Below the pieces are notes generated by a model. The model ran no database searches and was not told the origin of the DNA. It saw only the letters and a program-made list of their open reading frames with translations. A program made the position numbers and the translations under genes. A DNA stretch of 63,703 bases, filler included, from Chiloscyllium plagiosum (taxonomy: Eukaryota), in the NCBI RefSeq assembly GCF_004010195.1. It is 3 parts of one record of this genome, joined end to end, with 100 filler letters (N's around TTAATTAATTAA, not from the genome) between each part and the next. Parts side by side here need not be neighbours in the genome. Positions count along the whole stretch, not along the records: positions 1 to 14,364 come from NC_057712.1; 2 more parts are not named here. One strand, written 5' to 3'. This document shows positions 1 through 13,049 of the stretch, one piece after another (the first letter of the stretch is position 1; the number at the start of each line of letters is the position of its first letter).

Positions 1-271
1 CTTCCCGACCTCTCCGCCCCCACCCCCTCTCCGGCCTCTCACCCTCACCTTAACCTCCTTTCACCTATCGTATTCCCAATGCCCCTCCCCCAATCCCTCC
101 TCCTTACCTTTTATCTTAGCCTGCTTGGCACACCCTCCTCATTCCTGAAGAAGGGCTTATGCCCGAAACGTCGATTCTCCTTCTCCTTTGATGCTGCCTG
201 ACCTGCTGAGCTTTTCCAGCAACACATTTTTAAGCTCTGATCTCCAGCATCTGCAGTCCTCACTTTCTCCT
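1..271 (+). mobile_element. Penelope-like element (family 1) 3' end/pseudo-LTR, truncated by window start
   Basis: C-rich 3' region followed by cctgaagaagggcttatgcccgaaacgtcgattctcc...ctgcagtcctcactttctcc; the same tail is attached to the PLE RT fragment at 46700-47368. Confidence 0.8.
143..174 (+). ncRNA. Minimal type I hammerhead ribozyme motif (PLE-type), intact core
   Basis: CUGAAGA (145-151), stem II GGGC-UUAU-GCCC, GAAA (165-168), palindromic ACGU stem III, GUC cleavage triplet, stem I UC/GA. Confidence 0.8.
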
Positions 272-2739
272 TAGGTTTTTAATGGTCTTATGTTTCCTGA
301 CCAATACTTAATGCAGCGAAAGCCTCTGAATTCTCTGATTTAAATGGACACTTACGGAGGATTCCAGGTGAAGGAACATACAATTTCCAAGGCAATTCCT
401 TTGTAGTCTGTAACAAGAGGCATTGCACAGAGGGCCGTCTACACTGGAATAATGGCTGGCTGGCCATTGGAAGATCTAGTTTTATCTCTTTCACTATTAT
501 TTGTCATTAAGTAATAAACTGAGAATTCTGATGCTGGGTCATGTAGAAGATAACCTACCGAACCTGTGTGTGGAAACTGTAATTCTGTTTAATTTTGTAC
601 TCAGGAGATTTTAGTTGCAGCAATATGAAATGGAGAGATAATGAAATCTGGCTTTCATCCAAGAAATAATTGCTGGGGAAATAAGTGAAGAAATGACAAG
701 AAGCAGAGGATGTTATGCCAAAGAATTTCAATCTAGTCCACCCAGAAAAGAATAATATTGTACATTTTACTTTAAAAAATAGGTCCATAACATTAAATTA
801 AGGTATCTCCTTCCCCTCTATTTATCAAAGTTTCAAAATTAATTTATTTTATGAACCAACCTTTTTTTTTCCAAGAAAGAGGCAGAGAAATGTGCTGATG
901 GAAAAATGACCTATAAGTATTCGAACTAAATAAAACAACTGGTTAATGCTTTCCTAAAATCACATTTCCTGAACCCAGCAAAAGTGAGGGATTCCAAATT
1001 GTAAGGTTGTACATCCAAGATGAACCTGATCGGTTGGTGCAACAAAAGATCCCCATTGACAGTCTCCCCTGTTTTGACTGATCTTTGTTGGGAATAGATC
1101 CTAGTATGGGAGATGAGTGTTGGCTTTGAGGGCAGAGGGAGTTGATAGCACAGGGAAAGATTAGCTGCACATACCCAGTTGGGTAACACCAGCAAGAATT
1201 ATTGGAAAACTTCAGCAGGTCTGGCAGTATCTGATATGCTGACCTGACCTGAGCTTTTCTAGCAATTTCTGTTTGTGTTTTTGATGTCCTGCATCCACTG
1301 TTCTTTGGGTATTTTTGACTGCTATGACTCAGGTACAGAGAGGATCTCAACAAGAAAATGAGGGAGACAAAGGGACCATCTATTCAGCTAAAGGACAAAG
1401 TCACACTCAAACATTAAGTTTGTTAACAATAGCCACCTGTGTGGTTCTGGATTGTTCTTACAACATGTTTTACACTGGCAGCATTGTTAATGTGATATGC
1501 TATACATAAAATGCTTGGTAAACCGGATATTGCAATTTAGAGTTAACGCGCTTCCCTGTTGCTGGTAGAAATGAGATTTTCTCCTCATTAGTAGTGAATG
1601 TTTCATAATAAACATTGAAATTGTTGTTATCTTCCAGTAAGGAAATGGCCTGTTGTTTAAGGGATATGTACATCAGCACATTTACCTGAGTGTTGAGGGC
1701 AATGCCTGTTTTGCAATCACATCCTGATTAAAGGCCATGAGAAAAATCAATCACAAAGGATGTAATGGAAATACAAAGATTAGGTTTAATTCCTCCTCCC
1801 CAGTCGAAACCCAGGGGTAGGAGAAGGGCCAGATGGAAGCTTACTCTTCCTGATCCCTCTTCGTTTTGGCCAATGGCAAGTTAAAACTTTCAACTGTTGC
1901 TGTTGATTATGTTTTTGATAAAGTTTGGACACATTTTCCTTCAACATTAATAAATACTATTGATAATAATGAATAGAATGATGTGAATATAAAAGGAAAT
2001 CTCATTTCTATAATACAAACTTTTTCACTTGTGTCAATAACAGCCCAGTTACAGTGCCTGAACGTAAGCGATATGACAATGAATATCACTCATTATATCC
2101 AGTAATCTAGGCAACTTCAGGAATTTCATCATTTCAACCACATACATCAATTAAATTTCCTTGTCATGTCCAGTTTTCTGACTTCTCTATGCAAATACCA
2201 CTCTCCAAATGCAACCCATGCCCTCCGATCACAGTCAACAAGGTATTCATTCCAAACACACCTTTTTTAAAAAATTTAGTTTAAACTTGGTATATTTACT
2301 AGCTAGTGATTAATATGCACATTTTGTCTTGGCAAATAATAACACTGAGTAAAGCTTATAAATGACTAGTGACACCACAAAGTGTTTATTAATGAGTTTC
2401 ATTTTACGATTGACCAGCTCCATTATCTCAATAAATCAACCTGAAGATGCACAGTGTCTCAATACTGTTATAGCACCAAGTTGTGTCACAATGAAAGACC
2501 ACTTCATTGAATTATAACATTATACAATAATGGAGATGACCATCCAACTTAGCATCCTCTACCCACTCTCTGCTCTTAAAGCTCTGCAAATTGTTTGGAA
2601 ATATTTCCAATTCCAGTTTGAAATTTATTAATAAATCACTATTTTCCACTCTTTCAGGCAGTGCATTACAGTTAATCATCAAACTAAACATCCTCAACTC
2701 CCTCTGGTCTTTTGTGAATTATTTATTGCTTTTTATTCC

Positions 2740-3057
2740 TGACTTAGGATGGGTGTCACTGCTAGCCCCGCATTCACGGCCCATCCCCAGTTGCCCGGAA
2801 GGCAGTTAACAGTAACCAGCTTACTGTGGGTCTGGAGTCACATATAGAACAGACTGGTTAAGGCAGCAGTTTCCTTCCCTAAAGGACATAGTGAGCCGTG
2901 AGTTCTTAATGACACTGGGTCCATGGTCATCATGAGATTCTTAATTTGAGATTTTCATCAAATTCAAATTCCATCTTCTGCCATGGCAGGATTTGAACCG
3001 AGGTCCTGGATCTCTGAATTAAGAGTCGCATGCTGATACCACTAGTCCATCACCTCC
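2740..3057 (-). mobile_element. Old shark SINE/LINE-derived repeat (family with tgtgggtctggagtcacat core)
   Basis: Shares motifs with copies at 5660-6030, 15140-15460 and 38421-39053. Confidence 0.6.
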
Positions 3058-3117
3058 CCTTATGTTAATGTCAACTTTGCTGAATCTTCTCAAATTCATA
3101 AAATGTTATTTAATGAA

Positions 3118-3680
3118 GGGTGGCCTATATATGACTCCAGAGTCACAGCAATGTGATTGACTCTAGCCTGTCTTCTGAATAGCTGCTCAGTTGTAACAAT
3201 TGCTAGAAAGTCTCAAGAAAGAAATGAAACCGGACTAGCCACCTAGCGCCGACCAAGGTAATTGAAATGACAGCAGTAAGCACAGCTCTGTCGACCCCGC
3301 AAAGTCCTCTTTACTCATATTGTGGGGAAGGGGGCTGTCCCACAGACTAGCCAAGCAACAGCCTGACATTGTCATACTCACAGAACCATATCTTATAAAT
3401 AATGTCCCAGACACCTTTCCTGGATATGTCCTGTCTCACTGGCAGGACAGACCCAGCAGAGGTGGTGGTGTCATAATATACAGTGGGGAGGGAGTTGCTC
3501 TGGGAATCCTCAACATTGACTCTGGACCCCATGAAGTCAAAGATTGGCAAGGAAACCTCCTGATTACCATAGTCCATCCTTTCTTGGCAGATCCATATTG
3601 AACAGCACTTGGAAGAAGCACTGAGAGTGGCAATCATGCAAAATATACTCTGGGTGGGGGATTTCAATGTCCACCGCCAG
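3118..3680 (+). mobile_element. Decayed non-LTR LINE 5' part with AP-endonuclease N-terminus
   Basis: Translation QQPDIVILTEPYL...QDRPSRGGGVIIY and later LWVGDFNVH are APE motifs; frameshifted. Confidence 0.75.
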
Positions 3681-5262
3681 GACTGGTGAGGACAAAGTGG
3701 TGGTCAGAAGTTTTGCTCTTGAATCCTTCCATCAGCCCAAAAAGGGCTTGTGGAAATGATCATCTCACAGCACAGCTTCTTCATATTGTTTAAATCCCAT
3801 CAACACTGACCATATCTCACTTATGAAATATTCTGTCTTTATTCTTCAGTTACTCGCATTCCTATTCTCTCCACCTCCATGACCTGATATTATTTGCATT
3901 GTTAAAAATGCTTGCAGCAAGTTACTTCCTTCAGTGTCACTTGGTCAAAATCTTGGAACTCCCACCAAATAGATTATAACAGTTCAAGATGGCAGCTCAC
4001 TATCACCTTCTCAAGGAGCAACTAGGGATGGGCAATAAATGCTGACCCAGCCAGAGACACCCAAGTCCCCTGAATGTAAAAATCATGGGTAGACAGCTTT
4101 GTTCAGGTGCCATCTCAAAGATAGCTGCACAGGCTTATGTGCTTTTAGTGGGGCTCACAGTGACCAGGCATGGTCCATGCAGCCCATATCATCTGTTCCT
4201 CACTGACACGTCCATCATTATAACTATTAACTCCTGGGGAATCGACATAGCCTCAATAGCACTGCCGCATGACCAGATGTTTCCTGTTTGTTATTTTGGT
4301 GTTGAACACAGTCATCTCCCACAATCATCACTCCACTTTCAAACTTTTCTGTAAAAACTAACATTTATCTTGGCATACTCCTTCCTTGCCTCGTGAACAA
4401 TATTTAAGAGTTAGTTTTCTCTCTGACACCAAGGGAGATGGAGAAAAGGTGTCCAGAAAGCCTCGGTGTTCTGCTGAAAAGAATTCCAAGCAATTTCCAA
4501 TGTCATGCCAGCAGGATCAGCAAAAGGAAAACGACCTTTAATCCTCACTATCTGCTGAGTCCATCTGTAAAAGTAAACTGGAACCAAGCCACTACAGAGG
4601 CAATTGAAACTGCTGAACCTGAATTCAAGTTGAATCTTTTACCTCAGACATGAAGACAGCAGTGTGACTAGAGACTGCTCTCATTTTCATCTTCATATGT
4701 AAATTTTGTCTTCACTTGCTTTATATTTTTGTATACGTTTTAGCTAATGACAATACTTATACTCAGTAACGTTCAGTAAAAGTTGTGTAAAGGGCCAGTT
4801 TATTATCTTGTTTAGAGCATAAGCCTATGATGCTGGCTATTTTAAAAATTGAAACAATTGAAAACTAAAGGGGGAGGTTATAAATGAGTTGTACACATTC
4901 ACAGTTCAAGGAACACTCTGAAAATACATCAGGGGCAGCTTTGACAAACTGTATACATGTCATATCACCTCACTACACCAACATTCCTGTAACTTACTCA
5001 GTGGCCCAATGGCAAAGCAACAATTGGGATAAAGCTAATTATTTTTACTTTTGTTTATCATGTGAAAAAAGTCTCCATTAGTTGAAGAAATTATTAAGAT
5101 ATTTTCCACAGCATAGCTTCACATTTCATAAAAGACTTTGGCAATCATCTATTAGCTCCTCATCATTCTCGCTTAAAACATCAGTTTTAATGGATCCATG
5201 AATTTAGTGAATTCATCCACCATAGGAAAAACTTCCATTTAAAAGAAAACTGTCACTGTTAA

Positions 5263-5644
5263 ATATAAAAATAATTTCTTTATTTTTATCAGGAACATGA
5301 GCACAATTGCAGGAATGACAAATTAGAACATTCATATCAATCACAATTTGGGTTCAGCTTTCAAATTTGATGGATTTTATTGACAATAGTGGGTTAGTAT
5401 AGGTTAGGTGGGCTTGGATCGGCGCAACATCGAGGGCCAAAGGGCCTGTACTGCGCTGTATTCTTCTATGTTCTATGTTCTAATTTCCTTTGCATTCCTG
5501 CATTTGTTATATAAAAATAATTTCTTTATTTTTATCAGGAACATGAGCACAATTGCAGGAATGACAAATTAGAACATTCATATCAATCACAATTTGGGTT
5601 CAGCTTTCAAAATTGACAATTTCCTTTGCATTCCTGCATTTGTT
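5263..5644 (+). repeat. Tandem duplication (~135-bp unit) whose first copy carries a CR1 3'-tail insertion (5388-5481)
   Basis: 5263-5365 identical to 5509-5611; insert ends ttctatgttctatgttct, a CR1/HER1 tail. Confidence 0.85.
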
Positions 5645-5659
5645 TATGGGAATGAGAAC

Positions 5660-6030
5660 ATCTGCATTTCTTTCCCATCCCTAATTGCCCCTGAACTGAA
5701 TGGTTTGGTTTGGTCCATTTCAGAGGGCAGTTCGGAGCCAAACACATTGTTGTGGGTCTGGAGTCACATGTAGGCCAGACCAGATAGGATGGCAGAATTC
5801 CCTCAGGAACTAAGTGAAATTAATGACCCATTTGTGAAAACAAAAATGGGTTTTTGCAATAATCAACATATGGTGATTATAATTTTATGCTAGAATTTTT
5901 TGCTAGTTTTATGCTAGAATTTTTTAAATTCAAATTTTACCAACTGCAATAGCGCTTTTCCAACCTGGAGCATTAGCCTGGATCTCTGGATTATTAGACC
6001 AGTGGTATTCCCATGACACTGCCTCATTGG
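5660..6030 (-). mobile_element. Old shark SINE-like repeat
   Basis: cccatccctaattgccc tail and tgtgggtctggagtcacatgtaggccagacc core shared with other copies. Confidence 0.6.
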
Positions 6031-8660
6031 CTTCCCCCTGTGTATTAAATGAGAACAGGAATGCAGCCATTTTTGGGAAGAGGTACACTTAATAATAATA
6101 AGAATTTTGATGGATTTTATTAATAAGCACATGTTTTGTGCTTATGTCCAGAGGAGATTTTTTTTGAAAATGTAGATTATCTCAGAATCTTATTTAAAAC
6201 ATCATCACCTCAAACCCAATGTCATATTCTTTCAGTACTGGTTGAAATAATCTGGGTTAAAAGATGGATTAGTGCTAAAATCTCTGGAATTAGGTTCGAA
6301 TCCATGACCCAGGTACAAGAGTTATCACTAAACTATAGCTGTCAAGGGATAGGTAAAAGTGTTCTTTAAACTGGGGGAATGAAGGATAGTTTAGCTGAAC
6401 TTGGGGATGCGGGAGTTCATGACAATTTCAGTGGATGGGGAAGAGAATGTCATCTAAACTTTTGAAGAGTACTCATTTAAGCTGGGTGACTGAAACAAAA
6501 AGATTAGAAGAAATTTGTCTGTATAGGGTGTGGGTAAGATGTGGAGCTGTTTGACATAACTGGTATTAAACAGAATCTGTGAGCTTCAGGAAAAGAAAGT
6601 GGGATTGCTTTGTGAGAAAAATGTGTGGTTAGCTCTGCTGGTTCATGAAGAAAAATACCAGCAGACACTTGTTAGTCCACAGCACTTATTTCTGTACTAA
6701 ACCACAATGACTTCACCATTGATTAATAAAGGATCAGAGTCCAGCTCTATAGATTGTGAAAGCTTCGACAATGAATGAGGTAAAGTCACCACAACCCTGC
6801 TCTCTCATTAGAAAGAAATGGCCGGGGTGGGGGTTTAACCTGAGGATCATCATGCGTCAGGAGAGGGGAGAGATTGACAAGAAGAGCCCTTCGTGGTAAC
6901 CTCAGGAAATTGAACCCAGACCGTTAGCATCACTCTATACCACAAACCAGCCATCCAGCCAATTGAGCTAACTGACACTTAAAACAAAACATTTGCAAAA
7001 AGCTAATTGTCATATGAGAGTATTTTTTTCTCTTTGGCTTTAACTCTTAAGTTTTATTTTATCTTGTTACTTTGTGCTCCTCACATACTTTGTCACAGAC
7101 ACTGATTTGTTTTTTACCCTCTTCCCTGTTTGACATTCATTTATTTCTGATCCCTCTTCCATGCAATCTCCTTTCCTTTCTTGATCTTCACTTGATTCTC
7201 TTTGTCCATCCTCTCTAATCATTCTCACTTTCTTACACCGTCAATGTTTTTTTTTCGCTCTTTTCCAGTGCAGCTCATTTAAGATTTAAAGGATAATAAA
7301 ATGCTTTTAGAATCGCTCATGCATGAAGACTAGAAAATCATGTTACTAAATTTGTGCATAACTGTGGCTATTATACTGGGTGGAAGGACAAGATACAGAT
7401 GTATCTCTGGGAACAGAACACCAGCTGAATTAGATGTACTTTGATGATAATCCACAAAACTCATTTGGGTTTGTGATATTGAAGAGACGTGCGCAGCATT
7501 GATCCATTGAATCCCATCATCTCTCTGTGATAATAACTAATCAATTCACTGATCTCCGGTTTGATAAATCACACTGTAAATAAAAATCTGTAATAGACAT
7601 GGGAATTAGTATTTCACACACAAATAATTCTCTATCATGGAATAAATGAAAGATTCGCTGAAATTGCCATGAATTTCAGACTTTTGGTTTTGCTTGTTCA
7701 AAACCATCTGAACTTGCTGCTTCTGTGAGTTTTTCCTCACTCATGAAATGGTTATGGTTACAAAGCCCAACTATTCTGATGTTGTTTATATGATGTAATA
7801 TTGCCAGATTCTGGTATAAATGGGTGGATTTTTCCATTTGCGGGGTCATTCCTCCAGTTTCTTCAAAGCATTGCAGGAACCAGAATAACCAACAAAAACA
7901 GGGACAATTCAGTTCAAGTGCATATATTTAACCCCCTCCGGCTTGGAAACTCTGACCACCCCACCCCAGAGTCAGTGTGTGTTGAGTGATTAAGACTGAG
8001 CATTCAGCAACATGGGAGAAGAGTCGTCTATGTTGCTCACTGATTTTGTCCTACCAATCAATGAAATCATAGGTGATCTGTGACCTAGATTTATTTATTC
8101 ACCTTTGCCCCTGATCCCTGAACATGTTTGATGGATTTTCGCTAAACAATCTCATATTTTAAATTAACAATTGATCCAGTATCATTGCAACTTGTAGAAG
8201 ATCCATCCAAACTTCTCCTACTCTATGTGCTTTGTAATTTCAGTCTTGAAAGCCTAGATCTCTACTTTAAACGATGTTGTATAGCCCTGGAGGTTATATC
8301 CCAGCTCAAGTTGTAAAGGAAAGAAAGCTAATCATCATACTTATTAGAAATTCATCCAGGGATATAGGTGTCACTGGCTGGGTCAGCAGTTATTGCCCAT
8401 CCCTAACTGAGAAGCTGTTGGTGAACTTGCAGTCCACCTGGTGTGGGGACACTCCCAATACTGTCAGGGAAAAAGTTTGAGGATTTCGACCCAACAAAAC
8501 TGAGGGAATAATGATATGTTTTAAAGTCAGAATGGTGAGCGACTAGGAGAGAAACTTGCAGGAGGTGGTGTTTCCAAGTATCTGCTGTCTTTGCTCTTCT
8601 AGCTGGAGTGATTGTGGATGGTACTGTGCATTGATCTTTGGGAGTTTTTTTCTGTCATGC

Positions 8661-9543
8661 ATAATGTAGGTCAAAAGGTTACAGTGTGATGTAACTGAAA
8701 TGATATATTGAAAAAGACCTGGATTGTTTGTTCAGTCTCTCATCTGTTAGAATGACCATGTTGGTTTCACTTCTTTCACTTGTAAATCATAGAACTTTTC
8801 TTTAAAAGTTACATTCTCAAGTGACAGTCCTGTGTGAGGCTGCCTGTGTGCCAATGTTCAGACTGATACTATTTCAAAAAATGGGACTTAAGGAATCTTA
8901 CATGGATTCATGCAGTTTTTGAGAAAAATAAAATATAATCCTGCAAGTACAAATTCACCCCGCAAACTGTGGCTCATAGACACTCATACCATCTCCGCCA
9001 CCCCCCCCCTCTCACACACACACACACACACACATATAAGTTTGCGGGGTGAATTTGTATTTGCAGAATTATATTTTATTTTGCTCATAAACTGCATGAA
9101 TCCATGTAAGATTCTGTAAATCCCTTGTTTAGGTTAGAATCAGTCTGAACACTGGGGCACAGACAGTCCCACACAGGGCACCTCACACCCTCAATACATG
9201 ATCTGGGCTGACATGGCACCTATTGTTAAAGTTCACTTGAGAATGTAACTTTAAAAAAGGTTCTAGGATTTACAAATGAAAGAATTGAAATCAACATGGT
9301 CATTCTAAGAGGTGAGAGACTTAACAAACAATCCAGGACTTTTTCAATATATCATTTCAGTGACATCACTGTAAATGTTTGCTATAAATTCTGTGTCTTA
9401 TGATCTTATACTTCACAACCACCTGATGAAGGAGCAGCGCTCCGAAGGCTAGTGCTTCCAAATACACTTGGTGGACCATACCCTGGTGTTGTGTGATTTT
9501 TAACTTTGTCCACCCCAGTCCAACACTGGCATCTCCAAATCAT
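8661..9543 (+). mobile_element. Non-autonomous Penelope-derived element (family 2) with inverted 5' arm, (CA)n centre and hammerhead-bearing 3' end
   Basis: ~8661-8968 is a diverged reverse complement of ~9039-9385; 3' end ctgatgaaggagcagcgctccgaaggctagtg...ctccaaatcat shared with 25316-25441 and 32779-32898. Confidence 0.75.
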
Positions 9544-9549
9544 AATAGA

Positions 9550-10210
9550 GATGGTACACACTGCTACCTCAGTGCGTCAGTGGTGAAGGGAGTTGATGTT
9601 TGTAGATGTGGTGCTGATCAAGCAGGCTGCTCTGTCCTGGATTGTTTAAACTTCTGGAGTGATGTTGAAGCTGCATCCATCCAAACAAGTGAGGGGCAGT
9701 CCATCACACTCCTGCTTGGTGTCTTGTAGATGGTGGACAGGTTCTGGGGAATCAGAAGGTGAGTCACTTACAGCAGTATTTCTAGACTCCAACTTGTTCC
9801 TTTAGACACCACATTTATATGATGTAGGCAGTTCAGCTTCTGGTCAATGGTAACCTCGGGGGTGTTGATAATGCCATTAGAGTCATAGTCATAGAGATGT
9901 ACAGCATGGAAACAGACACCTCAGTCCAACCCGTCCATGCCGACCAGATATCCCAACCCAATCTAGTTGAATGAGAAGGTTTCTTTCCTCTCTTATTGGA
10001 TTGGGTCATTGCTTGGCACTTGTGTGAAATGAATATTACCTTCAGTTGTCTAGCTTTTGCTACATTTGGACACGGACTGCTCAGTACCTGAGGAGTTGTG
10101 AATGGTGCTGAACACTGTGCAATCATCAGCGAACATTCCCACCTCTGACCTTATGATGGAGGGAAGGTCATTGATGAAGCAGCTGAAATATTGTACCTAA
10201 GACACTCCCC
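9550..10210 (-). mobile_element. Decayed LINE RT/3' region with a nested CR1 3' tail (9880-9967)
   Basis: Reverse strand reads gaatgttcgctgatgattgcacagtg (MFADDCT); nested agagtcatagtcatagagatgtacagcatgg CR1 tail. Confidence 0.65.
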
Positions 10211-12207
10211 TGCCTCTATTCCTACAGCCATCTATTTACAGGTACGCCATGACAACCATGCATCTCTTCACATAACAACACCGTTTCAGTTTGTTTCTTT
10301 TCATGAAGACTCAAATTAATAAGATGACCACCATCTTAGTTAGATTGTATAGAAGATTGGCTGATCGGTGAAAATAATTTCTCTCTATTTACATTACCTG
10401 TTTCTTTAGGATCTTGATAATGTGATCAAATCCCCTCTTTATCTTATAGATTCCAGGGAATACAACTCTTGTGGGGAAACAGTGCTGTTATGGTAATATT
10501 ACTGGATTAGTACTCCAGTGACCCAGGCTACTATTCTGATTCTAATCTGACCATGGTAACAATTTGATGGAAGTCTTGCAATGCAGTGGTGATGTCCCTA
10601 GCTCCAGGACTTAATGTCCAGGTTTATGTCCCACATCTAGTTGAATTAAAAAAAACTTTGTTTGTATAATCTGTGCCATTTATCCCTTAAAGTTCAGGTT
10701 CTATAGGGGTAAGCCAATGCTGCACTCATCCCAATAAACATTCCGAAAGTGTGGGGCCCAGAGCCACTCACAGTATTCCAGGCATCCATCTAAAAGCTTA
10801 CAGAAGATGGAATTAGGACAAAAGTGTAAGATCTGCTGGGGTTGGCTTTGGGTACAAAATGTGATGTGCAGCATCCCAGTATAAAAGGAAATCAGCCACA
10901 GTGATGTACCCAGAGAGTAATGCGGGAGAATTCAATTTGAAGAATTGACACTGGCGTATTTTGCAGTTGCAGTTTCAGCACAGAAGCTCTGAAAATAAAA
11001 TAAACATTCTTGTTCACGTCGCTCTCTGACAGAGCTGGCAAAACCAAAGTGAGTGAATTATTGAAATAACAGCGTATCATGTTTTGGCCAATGAGCAGAT
11101 CCAGAAAGACTGGCATGAAATATTCAGCATCTGTCTGCACTGGCTTTCTGTCCAAGTGCTTTGTAATTGACAGACTCTCAGTTTACCTTGCCAGGGTCAC
11201 CAATGACCTCACAATGGATTCTGACCGTCTCATGTTACAAAGCATTAAAAGCAGTTGTATTGGATGGGACAATGTACACACCAGCCTTGCATATGTATAT
11301 TTAAAGACATATATTAATGATTGCCATTAAGTCTTTATGAAATAACCTTTTGATCATTATGTGTAAGAAGTCTCAATTCTATCAACACCAACAAATAGAA
11401 TTATTTCTGAAGATAGATGAAGCTTTCTTTCTTTGTGCTGTTTGCTTTTCATAACTGCGTTAAATGACTAATGGGAATATGATGCAGTGATGTGTCAATG
11501 CTGCGACAGGATATGTTAACAGCACGGACCAATACAAGATGCTGCTTGAGGCCAATCTGGCTGAAAATTGCTGAGTGTAGTAAATTATAGCAAATTTGTT
11601 TTGAACACTTGCATTTGCTTTAATGTGAAGTTATATAGTTGAAATGATTTGGCAGACTTTGAGATTATATTTTTAGGTAAATATAAGCTGATTTTAGACA
11701 TATTCAAAGTTAAGCTAACTGCCCTTGGGAATGTTTCTGAACAAAAGCTGGATCCCAACAGCTTGTGAGATATGAGAAAGAGCTAAGATCTATAGATTTC
11801 CAGGAAGAAATTAAGTATATGCGATTTTTACAGAAATGATTACACTCCTGGCCAGCCATTCATTTGGACAGTGCCATTAATATGGTAAAGTATCTCAAGG
11901 TGTTTCACAATAGCATTGTCAAATCATAAAAATCTACCATTGTTCAGATATAAAGAGAGATAACCAAAGACTTGGGAAAAGCAGTGGCATTGACAATTAT
12001 GTTCAAGGAGGAAAGACAAAGGCAAAGGTATATTGGAGGGCATTGAAGTATTGTTTTCATTCAGCTCTGTTGAATTTGGTACTGAATTTCCAGAAACTTT
12101 CATTACATTTAAACACTTCCAAAGCCTCACTGTCCATAGCCAAGTTCTCAACAACTGCCACTTATCGAGTGTTCACTGACCTACAGTAACACAGTGCTAA
12201 GCAAAGA

Positions 12208-12611
12208 TTTGATTTTAAAGTAAAAAAACTGCGGATGCTGGGATCCAAAGTAGACCAGCAGGAGGCTGGAGGAATACAGCAAGGTTCCAGCCATGCTGTG
12301 TTTCCCTCCCTCCTGATGCTGCCTGCCTTGCTGTGTCCCTCTCCCTCCTGATACTGCCTGTCTTGCTGTGTTCTCTCCTTCCTGATGCTGCCTGCCTTGC
12401 TGTGATCCTCTCCCTCCTGACGCTGCCTGCCTTGCTGTGTCCCTCCTGATGCTGCCTGGCTTGCTGTGTCCTCTCCCTCCTGATGCTGCCTGCCTTGCTG
12501 TGTCCCTCTCCCTCCTGATGCTGCCTGCCTTGCTGTGTCCCTCTCCCTCCTGATGCTGCCTGCCTTGCTGAGTTTCTCCTGCCTCCTACTTGTCTACTTT
12601 GATTTTAAAGT
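12208..12611. repeat. PLE-tail-derived fold-back with internal ~34-bp minisatellite (12290-12570), flanked by a 14-bp direct repeat
   Basis: About 8 units of ctccctcctgatgctgcctgccttgctgtgtc; tttgattttaaagt at 12208-12221 and 12598-12611. Confidence 0.75.
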
Positions 12612-13049
12612 CGTCATCTTTATTTTGAACATCCTCATGTCCTCATTCCTTCTTCCCACTGTAATCTTCTCCAGCCCTACATTCCTTCAAGATCTCTGCA
12701 CTCCCCCAATTCCAGCCACCTGGACAACCCTCATCTCTCGTAGCCTCACTATTGCAGGCTGTGCCTTCAGTTACCCAGGCCTGAAACTCTAAATATACAC
12801 CCCCCCCAGTATATCTTTGACTTTTATTTTTAACTGCCTTTAACAAGCTACCTGTTGGACATTGAAACCCAAGCTCTGCTGTAGGTGATCAACATCAAAG
12901 ATGTCGATAAAACATCTGGAACTTAGAGTCTAATGATGACCATGAAACCATTGTTGATTGTCATAACATCCCAGCTGGTTCACTCCCTGGGTCACTGGAT
13001 TGGTAGTCTGGTAATAATATCACTAGACCATCACTTCCCCATTTTGTGT

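Noticed and set aside
605..802. Exon-like segment (also 7269-7560)
   Set aside because: Good acceptors but multiple stops in every frame; cannot be distinguished from intronic sequence without homology
12290..12570. Possible CRISPR-like array
   Set aside because: Units are contiguous with no unique spacers, and the context is vertebrate; it is a minisatellite
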